The notes under the pieces: generated by a model
Told to the model about the DNA's origin: nothing
Seen by the model: the letters and a program-made list of their open reading frames with translations, nothing else
The model's database searches: none
Program-made: the position numbers and the translations under genes
Shown here: positions 53,527-64,000 of the stretch, one piece after another
Layout: each line of letters opens with the position of its first letter
Position numbering within the stretch: position 1 is the first letter of the stretch
Origin: Takakia lepidozioides
Lineage: Eukaryota; Plantae; Bryophyta
Assembly: GCA_030704615.1 (NCBI GenBank)
Contig: CM060731.1
Location: forward strand, 75,144,001 to 75,208,000
Length of the DNA stretch: 64,000 nucleotides
Reading direction: 5' to 3'

Positions 53527-56500
53527 CTAATCTTCATCATCCTCATCTATGTCTGGCTCACTACATGTATCACTGTCTTCATCACAGACTTCATCTTCTC
53601 CAAGGGTTGGCTGAACATCATCACCACGTATACGGGGTGCTCGGAGGTACAAGGAGGCCACCTGCTCTGGAGTAACCGGTACCGCTCGGCTGCATGTTGG
53701 GCCATTAGTAACCACAGTCTCCTCTAGTCTTTGTGGGGCTAACAATCCTTCCACTTCCGCCACATCATCATTATCAATTGATATGTTGCAGACCACTCTA
53801 CGTGCTCGGGGGCTCTTCTCCGGGACGACTTTCCACCCCGGCTCCTTCACACAATCAGAAAAAAACACTTGATCAACCTGGCCAGGAAACACAAAAGGTT
53901 GCTCAGAAGGTGGAAGCATACGGTTAAAATTGACAAGTGTGAAGCCAGCATCATCCTGCTTCATTGACATAGGTTGACGACCCACGCGACTCGCCCGTAT
54001 CCACAAACACAAAAACATTATAGGCTGTGTTTGGCCATAGTCAATTTGCAAAATCTCCCTTATAAGACCCACATATCTTGTAGGTTCCTCCATGTCATTG
54101 CCTGAATTGTTGGTAATGGGCTGGTGCTGGAAAACAGATGAGACTCCACAATCAAAAGACACCATACTTGTTGTGTTCATGTCGGGGGATGTAACCCTGT
54201 AATGGTTACCATACGCTATCATACTCTTGAATGACAGGGCAGTAAATGATGGAGGCCTTGAAAGATCCAGTAATTCCTCACGTGTTGTAGGATCAAGCCC
54301 ATCTGATTGAATTGAGAGATGATCCCGTACACCTTGAGGGAGCCAAACAGCAAATGGAGGACAAGGATGCAAATCAGGAGGGTACTGAATTGCCGTGGGA
54401 TTGCTCATGCCTTCCAGCCCTTGCTCCTCACGAACAAGCGTCGTCTGGCTTCTATCCGTGTGGACTCTGCTTCATATATCCTGTCACAATCCGAGGGTCA
54501 GCCAGGAGATTGACAGAGGTGGCGTGGGAGATTTGAAAAGACGCCATATGCCAACTAATGATAAATGACTAAAACTTGGAAATCTGAATGTCAATGAAGT
54601 AGATTTCTTACCCCAACATGATTGATAGACGAGGATGGTTCTGAATGATGTACTCATGTACAATATCACACAGGTCATTCAATTTTCGGGCTTTAGAACT
54701 TCCTTCCACAACTTCACGTTCCACAGATTCTGCCTCATCTGCATCCCACACCCTTCGTACACTCCCATCAAATCCTGCCATATACTCTGTGCAAAAACCC
54801 AATGCTTCTTCAAATTGGTATCCTTCTGCCATGCTCCCCTCGGGCCTTGCCATGTTTCTTACGTAGCCCTTCATATCTTTCATTGCCCGCTCCATGGGGT
54901 ACATCCAACGAGATGCTACGGGCCCGCATAAGTACAACTCATCCACTAGGTGAACAACCAGATGTGTCATCACAACAAAAAATGATGGTGGGAACTCCTT
55001 CTCTATAAGACACAGAGTGAGAACTGCTTCAGTTCTCAATTCCTCATACTCTACAAGATTCACCACTTTTGCACACAACTTCTTAAATACACGACATACT
55101 CGCAAAATGGCCCTTCGAGGACCACTTGGCATGAGCCCACGGATAGCAAGCGGTATAATTTGCTGCATGAGCACATGATAGTCATGTGATTTCATGCCTG
55201 ACAACTTCTTCTTCACCACATGCTTTTTGAAAGCTGATGCGTAGCCTGTTGGCACTTTCAAGTTCTGCACAATCTCCAGGAAGACTTGTAACTCAACCTC
55301 AGTGAGGACATAAGGGGCAGGAGGCATAATTAACGTATCTGCTCTATCAGGATCACGTTGTAGCCACAATTCCGGGCGCATCCCAAGTAGCTCCAAATCA
55401 CGGCGAACTTTCAATGTGTCTTTCTCACCAAAGATAGTTTTAATAATATTTTCAGCCAAGTTCTTCTCGCAATGCATTGCGTCAAACGTGTGGCGGATGA
55501 GGAGACCCTACAAAATGAACACATAAGCAATTGAGCATTTACTCATCACAATTTAAACAGAAAACGCAAAAATGTACACAGCCAATTTAAAGGCCATGAA
55601 GGAATTACCTCCCAATAAGGTAAGACATATAAAATTGACAATCGCTTAACTCCATGAGTTTTTGCTGGGTCTGTCCTGCTATCTGGCGTCCCTCCGTTTT
55701 CCACCCATGCAGTGCGAGCTGTTGCAAGGTCCTTGATTTGTGTTCCAGTCTGCGTTTTTGGAGGAGTTCCATGCTCAGTAGCGCCATTGAACATTCTTGA
55801 CCTTCTATATGGATGATTGCGGGCCAAAAATCTTCGGTGGCCTAGGAAAACAATTTTTCCACATGTGTGAAATCACCCCGGGTCCACAAGCTGGACAACC
55901 AGCATAACCTTTCGTCACTTGACCTGAGAGCAAGCCATATGCAGGGTAGTCATGGATTGACCACATCAACACTGCCCTCAGTGTGAATTCGCGTTGATCA
56001 CGAGGACGGGAAACATCATGAGCTGCAATCCCTCTCCATAGTTCCAATAGCTCTTCCACTAGGGGCATCAGGTAACAGACTCCTTACCAGGAATCAGTAG
56101 CGCTAACATGACAAAGAACTTTTTGGTCATTAACCACGGAGGCAGATTGTAATTGACCAAGAGAACGGGCCATGTGCTCCAACTTGTGGATTGAGCTCCG
56201 TAGGGATTTACACCGTCTAAGGCCAATCCAAATCGCAGAGATCGTGGCTCTGCAGCATGAGGTTAGCGATCGATTTACATCGGTACATACGTTTCAACCT
56301 TGGAATGACAGGGAAGTGTCGCAATACTTTCTTGGGCACACTTCCACGACCTGGAATGTAACGGGAACTGAGGCATACTGGGCAAATGTCTACATTCTCA
56401 TACTCCCCACGGAAGAGTACACAACCACGCTCACAGGCATGAATCATCATGTATTGCAATCCCATCTTGGCAATCATGGTTTTTGCTTCATAGTGAGTTT

Positions 56501-56887
56501 TCGGCAATGAATTCTCTTAAGGCAAAAAACTCTTACGCAACAATCCCAGAAGCTCATCCACAAATGCATTGGTGCACTTGTGGGTTCAAAAAGTGGACAT
56601 TGCGACGCTCGGAAGAGTTTATTATACTCGGGATCAACGTGCAGGTGAGCATTCTCATCAAATTCATTGTCTCCCGAATCGTCGAGATCATCGTCATGAT
56701 CGGAAAATGTGTGATCGGTTCCACCATGAATGGGGTCCTCTCTGTTTGCATCTGCAAAGAGAAACGCTTCCTGCAATGCACGCTGCATTTCTACCTCCAA
56801 TCCACCACTCTCATGTGCGTTCTCTGTGACATTGGGCTCCCGCTGTGCCGCAGGGCCTTCGTCTTCATCATCTGAATATTCACATCC
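53527..56887 (-). pseudogene. CACTA transposase TnpD body (Transposase_21-, DUF4218- and DUF4216-like parts), degenerate
   Basis: IHACERGC.LF, KVLRHFPVIPRL, WSIHDYPAYG.LSG, MHCEKNLAE, GMKSHDYHVLMQQ, WMYPMER.MK.MKGYVRN.ARPEGSMAEGY, QPFVFP.QVDQVFF; with frameshifts and deletions. Confidence 0.93.
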
Positions 56888-56966
56888 CTGCATCCCAATA
56901 GTCATCTTGTAAGTGGACCAACAACGATGTGACACTTGTTCATATTATGACATAGGAGGCACGGTG

Positions 56967-57967
56967 TGTCGCGCGGCTTTTACTCACCCATCCCTTCGCT
57001 ATCCGAGGCGGAAACTCCAAGATAGAAGAGTTGGAAATCTCTAAGCACTCAGCCCGCTCAGAACAATCAGTCATGACCTAGAGCTAGTGTATCATGGGGG
57101 TGTTTCCTATTTGTTTTCCTTCCCGCATTCATGTTAGCTAGTTATCTTACTGTTGGTAATTAAGTATGAGTTTGCTTCAGTAATCTATTGGTTTCCATCA
57201 ACTCATCCATTCATTCCACAGCTTCACTCAGATCTCTCTACACAGTGTGAGTATGAAGTGTGTATCAGATTAATATCTATCAAGTATCAGGCTGAAGCCA
57301 TGGAGTCTCTAATCTGCTCTACATTACAATTCTACTACCTGCATTCATTAAGCATCAACAAATCCTCCACCTACTCCGTGCTCTCCCTCTTTCTGCTCAG
57401 AGATACGCTCTCTGCCTCCTTTTTCCCAGTGATGTCCGAAGTTCCCCCAAGAAGTGATCCTCCCACTCCTTCCAGCAGTGATTCCCCCCCAAGAAGTGAT
57501 CCAAGAATTGATCCTTTTCTAGTCCTTGCTCCTAGCTTTATCTTCCTACCCGTTGTTCTAACCGTTTCCCTCGCTAACCGTCGTCCGTGAACTAACATGT
57601 TCCATTTGCAGGTGTTGTTCCCCACAGTCGTTCCCTGTCCTGTTATCCGTTCCCTATGGTGGTGACAGCTGTGTCAAGCTGTGACCGGCAGTGTGGCTGT
57701 GTCGGCTGTGACGGGCTGTGTTGGCTGTGATGGGCTGTGTCGGGCTGTGACGAGCTGTGTTGACTGTGTCCGGCTGTGTCGGCTGTGTCGGACTGTGACG
57801 GGCTGTGTTGACTGTGATGGGCTGTGTTGGCTGTGACGGGCTGTGTAACCCCCCCTAAAGTGCGCTGTTGTCACCCCTAAGGCTCCTGTTGGTCTCAGTC
57901 TGTGCAAAAATTAAGGGTACCCCACAGATCCCGTATAAGTGTCTAAGTCCCAAACAGTCCTCTAACA
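56967..57967 (-). repeat. Gypsy 3' LTR (~1.0 kb)
   Basis: TGT...ACA ends; PPT on the internal side. The outer boundary is inferred from the CACCG/CGGTG TSD match. Confidence 0.8.
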
Positions 57968-58167
57968 TTACCCCTTCCCCTCTCAAAAAGCCGTGTCCTC
58001 ACGGTTTACTGATTGGGATTAGCAAACCTTTGTGAGCGAGCACCTTTCTGACGTTGAGAGTTTCGTGGCGGACTGTGTGTACGAGCCCGAGGTCTGTCAC
58101 TAGTTGACGGAGATGATTGAACACTACCTGGATATGTAAGGCCCTCTGGAGGCTGATATCGAGGTAA

Positions 58168-61100
58168 TCATTCAGGCATAGGAGACCCCCGTCGCTTCTT
58201 ATCTGCCATCTGAATTGCATAGTCTTCTCCCATGTCAAAAGAGTCCGCTGAAGAAACAGTTGTATCAGAATCCTCATCGCCTCTCAGGTGTTTTAACTGC
58301 CGAACTTTTTGTGGAATCCTCTGGGGCATACAATGTTGTCCTACCATGTCTGGAAGTTTAAACTTTAAAACTTGATGTAAACGCTGAATGGCAAAATTGG
58401 TGAAGACCGTGAGCTCCTTGTCTGTCCATGTGAGTGGGGTACCAATGACCTGTGAATTGTGCAAGTATTTCCATGCCTCATGTCCTTTAGAGAAAATATC
58501 GTCAGGGCCGAATTTCTGTGTTGACAAATTGTTCCAGGCCGCATGAAACCATGAACGAATTTGAGAATCCTTTTGTATCATAACTTTTGCCTCATATAGG
58601 TACATATGAGGTGACACTGAAGGTAAGACCCAATGATTCCCACTGGAATAACTCAGAAAGCGCGATTGCATCTTGTGCTGCTCAATGTGATAACGTACCA
58701 GAAAACAAGCAGAGTAGTATAGCCCGCATCCCATGACAATACTTGCTACCTCCTTGGTCTTGGTATAAATGAATCCATGTACAACTTGGAAGGCAATTAA
58801 TTCCTTCAACATGGTACCTGCCTCATGCCAGTACTGTGCAAAGTGATGATCCTCAATTGGTCGATTGTTCGGAAGAACTTTAGTCCTAGTTGCCACTGGC
58901 AGCCAAATGCGCATGATTTGATAGTAATGTGCCAATGACTGCGGAGGACTAAATTCTTTCCAAGCCAAATCTAACATAATGGGAATTTGGTTGAAGGGCA
59001 TAATCATAGTCCTACTGTACTCCCTTGCAACTGGAGTTTTAGGTGGGTTAAAAGCAGCATTGCCCCATACCTCAGGCTGTGGTGGCTGTGGTGTGGCTGT
59101 AGTAACAACAGGGTCAGCTACTGGCACAGTGACTTGTTGTGGTGTTGGTGGCACTGGCTCTTGTACCATTGGCATCTCCTGCACCTCCTGTGAAGAAGAC
59201 TGAAAAGCCAAAGTTCTGGCTTGTAAATAAGAAGCCATTAGCTGTTCCTCTGGTATATAGACTCTTTTGTCGATATTTGAAGTGAGGTCCTCCACTTGAG
59301 TCTGCAGGCCGTCTACATCCTCCTGTAACTCCGCTATCCTACTATAGACATTGTCTATAGTAGTTGTGGCAATGTTCTGCACTTGCAGTCTGAGCTCATT
59401 CATCTCACTTTGGTGAGCTTTCGTGGTGCTTTGCCCTCCACTGGCCCTTGTGCTAACCAGACCTGCATAAGGTGGTTATCCACCAAGTTGCTTGTGGTTC
59501 CTCTGAGAGTATGCTCCTCTCTGAGTTTGTACACATCTAATTGCTGTTGTAAAGCCTCCATGCGCTTCGCATGAGGTTCAACCAAATTCGCATAGGCAGC
59601 AAGCAGATTATTGGCTTCCTTCCAAAGCCTTGTTAGTGACCGAGATTTCATTTCTATTGGCCATGACCGTTTGTTGCAACTCCAGGATGTGCCTCTCTTG
59701 GTCAGCTTCAACCTGCCTGTATTGCTTGAAAGTATCCTCATTGCGACAGATTGTATTCTTCATATCGACAATGAGTTTCATTTGCTCAACATTCTCTTCC
59801 TCTGCCTTCGTACATTTTTCCGCTTGACTGTTTATTTCTTTTGTAGATTGGTCAAGCATAGTTGTGAGTGTAGCACATTGGATGGCCATCCTGTCATGCA
59901 TTGTCTGCAACTCCATATGTAGTACATTCACTTCTTGCAACTTGCTTTCATGCTTCACCTGCACTTGGTATAGCTGTTGCTTATGTGCTTCGTGCAAGTG
60001 GTCTTCTGCGAGGCCTGCCTCAATCAATTGTTCCTTGGCCAATTGCAAAGCCACTTCTGTACTCTCCAAGTCTTGCTGCATTTTGAGAGTGACCTCTTCA
60101 TCGACCTTGTTTGCACACTCTGTGGCAAGTCGAGCCTCAAACTCTTTCCTGAGTTCCTCCCTCAAAGCTGCCAATTGAGTAGTGGGAACATGGGATTTGA
60201 CATAAGTACCCAACAAATTCAGTGTCCTGCTTATGGAACTCATAAGCATAGCTTGTTGAGGGTCATCTTGGTGAGCTTGCTGCTGTTTTCCCTGATCCTC
60301 AACAGTGTGATGCCTTACGAACCATTCAGGCCATTGCCCCACCAGATTTTCTTCCTGAACCACTTCATCCGTCACTGGTGCTGCAGTGTCTTGGCATTCT
60401 ACCTGTGGTACCTCCGTCACAGGTGTGTGTATTATATGCGCCGCAGGGTTTCCCTTGGACAACCGCTGCACCTCCGGAATCACTATGTCCTTGACCATAC
60501 CATAATATTCATAGAGAAGGTCCCCCTTCTCAATTTCTGCCACCACCTGTTCTGTAGTGGGAATATCTAACCCTTCTTTTTCTAAATCAATTATTTCTGG
60601 TTGAACTGCATGGACAACTTGTGGTAACCTTGTGACAAGCCGATCCTCTGGCTGTGATGGCTGTGATACTGAAGTAACTTCCTCTTCCCTCTTTGAAGGT
60701 CCTGCTTCCAGTAATAGCAGTTCTTTGTGCTGCTGTGCCCCTTCCTGCACAAAAACTTGGGAAACATTATCATGCGGATTCCGTGAAGCCAATGGATTTG
60801 CCACTACAGTCTTTCCCCGCCTCTGTCTCTTATTTTTGGGTTGCCATGCCAGTCCACCCTCACTGTGTGAAGAGCCTTGCTCTTCCATTGCAGTGGTTTC
60901 TGGCTCAAACACTCCATCTCCTTTCTTTCTCGTGCATCAAGTATGCCAGAATCAAGAATTATTTGAGCAATGATTGGGCCAGACACTATGATAGGAGACT
61001 TTGCGGCAATACCCTGTAATCTTTTCATCTCCTCTACCAGTGCGTTGTACATTATGTCCGCCCATTCTACCTCTTCTCCTCTCAGGGCTTTGAGTATTTC

Positions 61101-61778
61101 TTCTGTGAAGGATCTGCTCAAATACTGTTGGTTCTGTTTCATGGCAAACAGAACGTTCAATACCTAGCCTACCTCCTTTAGCCCTGGGTACATGGCCTTG
61201 GTACTAGCATAACCTTGAGTTTTAAAGAAACTCCCTTCTTGGAATAAGTCCCCTATTTGCAGTCTTGCCCTGTGCTCCTCTACATGCACTTGACCTGCTG
61301 GCAATCGAAACAATTGCTGTAGGTATAGGGGAGTAATTACTAATTCAACTCCCTTCACCGTTGTTGCTCCCGTCCTTGGCTCAAAGTTCTGCAAGAATTG
61401 TAACATGTACTGTCTATGGTGCAATGTCCAATCTTTGCTTTGCAATCCTTGCAATCTCAGCTCCTTCAGTAACTGTATCGCCTGTGGAGTAGCAATCGTT
61501 TGTTTCTGCAGGATTGTGGTGCTCTTCACCCTGATTTCCTCCATTCCTCTCACTCTCTTCAGTCTAGACCCACAGAAATGTTTTGGCTGTAACAATTGAA
61601 GAAATGCCTGTAGTGCACAAAGCATAAACGTATGGTTGCCACAAAAAGCTATGGGTAATTTCTTGTAAGCCTGCGGGGCTTGCAAGCATCGATCAAGAGA
61701 AAAGATCCGTTCTGTTCTTTCGTCCCTATGCCACTGCATAAGTAATATTGCGAGTGTATAGTCTGTTAGTTCCTCCAT
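58168..61778 (-). pseudogene. Env-like / accessory 3' ORF of the Gypsy element (~1200 codons, one stop and frameshifts)
   Basis: Consecutive sense-strand ORFs downstream of pol. FLQNF..TVKGV..VIT...LQQLFRLP and ALRGEEVEWA resemble Athila/Tat accessory proteins; long heptad-like E/Q/L stretches. Confidence 0.65.
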
Positions 61779-62269
61779 AGCTTCAAAGCTATCGCATTGA
61801 TGGTTTGTCCCGTCGAGACGCCCGTTACTTAGAACGACGTCGACTCTTGCGCTTAATTTCCCTCCAATTTCTTGATCCCTTCTCTGGCTTTCGATTGGCT
61901 GTAACCGCTGTGACTGGATTTTAGATTTAATTTTCTTTAGTGGACTTTCCCTGCTGGACTGTCCACTAGGATAACACATGTGACAAAAATTTCGCTTTTC
62001 TGTACTTGCCGTTTGTTCTGTTGCCCCTTTTCTGTATTCATTAATGGGCCCGCCATTCATCCGAATTGACGTGCTAATTAGGTATTTTGACGGCCATTCT
62101 TGTCATCTTTCTTGATGACATCCGTTCTTGCACTTCCTTCTCAGCTGTGTGTTGCACCCTGACTTCCACGTGTCCCTTTCTAAACTGGCTTCCGTCCTTT
62201 CTTCCGCCGGCCATTTCACTGAAGTTATCCTGCGTCCACCTGTCACTGATTCTATGGATTGTGTCACCC

Positions 62270-62545
62270 TAGTAGGCTGTGTTGAGCTGTGACAGGCTGT
62301 GTTATATTGTGGTACGTCGTGATACGCTGTGTTGCACTGTGGTAAGCTGTGATAGGCTGTGACACGCTGTGGTAGGTTGTGATAGGCTGTATTGCTCCGT
62401 GTTGGGCTGTGATATGCTGTGTCGTGCCTTGCTGGGCTGTGATAGGCTGTGTTGCACCGTGATGGGCTGTGATAGGCTGTGTCACGCCGTGATGGGCTGT
62501 GATAGGCTGTGTCGCGCCGTGATGGGCTGTGATAGGCTGTGTCGC
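62270..62545. repeat. 30-bp tandem repeat, ~9 copies, after pol
   Basis: Unit GATAGGCTGTGTCGCGCCGTGATGGGCTGT. Confidence 0.9.
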
Positions 62546-62639
62546 GCTTGTTCTGCCTGCCCTGGTCATATATGCTCGGCCTAGCGATAAGTGCTCCATA
62601 CTCTGTTGGTATCACTGGTGCAGCCCGTGACTGCTTTTG

Positions 62640-64000
62640 CGTTTCAACATGCAAATCATGTTGCAATGGTTTGTCATGGATACCACTGTACCCCTTCAAC
62701 TTATTAGCATTGACTCTTCCCAGCATCTCTTTGTTAATGGTTTGTAACATGGCGGTGTTGTTATCATACATCTTTTGTATGACATAAGGTCCTTTCCATG
62801 GTGATTTAAGCTTAGAAGCTTTAATCTTTCATTTCTTCTGCAACCATAGAACCAAATCTCCCGTCTTAAAAGTCTTTAACTTGCCTTCATCAAACTGTTC
62901 CTTTCTCTTCATTTGAATTCTGGTCATATTATCAGCTGCATTTGCACGTACTTCTTCCACATGGTATAATTCATGTTTTCTGACCTTAATGGAATCTTGC
63001 AATTCCATTCTCTTTCCCCATTCCGTTCTCATGGTAGGTAACATGAATTCCACTGGAAGTAAAGCTTCCATACCATAAACTAATTGGAATGGTGTACACT
63101 TAGTGGTGACTTTATATGAAGTCCTGTATGACCACAAAGCTGTCAGCAGCTTTGTATCCCAATCCGTTCTGTTTGCATTGACTATCTTAGCCAAGATAGT
63201 ACATAGTATTTTGTTGGTAGCCTCTGCCTGCCCATTACCCTGTGGGTAATATGTTGTACTCTTTCTATGCACAATCATGAACTCTTTAGTCAACAATTCA
63301 ATGGTCTCATTAATGAAGTGACTTCCCTGATCACTGATAAATTCCAAGGGACAGCCAAATCGTGTAAGTATGTTCTCATACAGAAACCTTGCTGTGGACT
63401 TGGCTGTGTTGTCCCTCAAAGCTTTAGCTTCCACCCACTTCGTAGTATAATCAGTGGCTGTAATTATGTACCTGTTCTGTGTATTCTTGGCTGGTGGGTT
63501 AATTGGTCCAACAAAGTCTAGTCCCCATTTCTGAAATGGTTCCGTAGGAATTGTAGGATGCAAAGACATTTTCCCAGATCTCTGCAAAGGTCCTAGCCTC
63601 TGACATTCATCACAACTCTGACAATACTTGTGTACATCTTTGAACAAAGTAGGCCACCAGTAACCTGCATGTAGTATTTTCCTGCTGGTAGTCTCTTCTC
63701 CAAAATGACCTCCAGCCACTTCTTTATGAACTTCCTCCAAAACATTATTAACTTCATGGTGGTATAAGCATCGCTTCAGCACTCCATCTGGTCCTAGCTT
63801 ATACATTCTGCTCCCTACCATAGTGTAAGGTAGAGCCTTGATAACAATTCTCTTTCTCTGCTCCTTTCCATAACTTGGTGGGCACTGACCATGAGCAAGG
63901 TAGTATCTGATTGGCCACTGCCAATCTAACCAGTCATCTGCACTTCCCTGCACCTCCACTGTAAATAGACTCACATCTGGTAATTGATCATCTACTCCCG
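62640..64000 (-). pseudogene. Gypsy pol, integrase region, with a nonsense codon at 62829-62831
   Basis: HHCC + DDE + GPY motifs. TGA occurs where the paralogous fragment (~43250) has GGA. Confidence 0.92.

Larger units (their letters stand above)
51370..56961 (-). mobile_element. CACTA element, right half, in inverted orientation
   Basis: Degenerate TIR CAATTCAAGAGATGAGCGTTTTT at 51370 (20/23 match to the left TIR) preceded by ACG, the reverse complement of CGT. ATGACTAC subterminal motifs at 51400-51680. Contains the transposase body. Confidence 0.85.
56967..64000 (-). mobile_element. Ty3/Gypsy LTR retrotransposon, 3' part; runs out of the window
   Basis: Integrase (H..VAGGHF, CDECQR, WGLDFVGP, DYTTKW, SDQG, GQAE, GPY module), a long extra 3' ORF, a PPT (GAGAGGGGAAGGGGTAA) abutting the LTR, and CGGTG at 56962-56966. 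Confidence 0.93.

Noticed and set aside
57151-57170. TGTTGG at 57151 as the LTR outer end
   Set aside because: No TSD match there; 56967 gives the CACCG/CGGTG match and restores the TnpD intron.
62270-62545. Periodic repeats as a CRISPR-like array
   Set aside because: Pure tandem units without unique spacers, in a eukaryotic TE context.

Overview
Land-plant nuclear DNA. The left half is gene-bearing: the last six exons of a plastidial-type alpha-glucan phosphorylase, a 2-exon proteasome lid subunit RPN6, a 7-repeat polyubiquitin and an intronless GRAS factor of the RAD1 clade. RAD1 together with PLS-class PPR debris suggests a mycorrhizal host, probably a non-seed plant (inference). Between the genes lie decayed gene fragments (OSB-type PDF motifs, PPR, MOSC, TTLL12), a Tc1/mariner-type MITE and an old, complete Copia element with a CTTCT TSD. 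The right half (36.7-64 kb) is a nested TE stack: a CAGACC-motif-rich element contains a CACTA element, which contains a Gypsy element. Matching TSDs (CGT and CACCG) and a phase-compatible split transposase gene show that the stack was broken by an inversion (or misassembly) at about 50760. The most novel-looking item is the CACTA accessory gene: TnpA-like, with a Q/Y/G/P low-complexity tract and an FCP1/NIF HAD-phosphatase-like domain, placed head-to-head with the transposase. Also notable are an Ala28Thr change fixed in every ubiquitin repeat and PDF modules abutting PPR repeats. Family assignments come from motif recall, not database searches.
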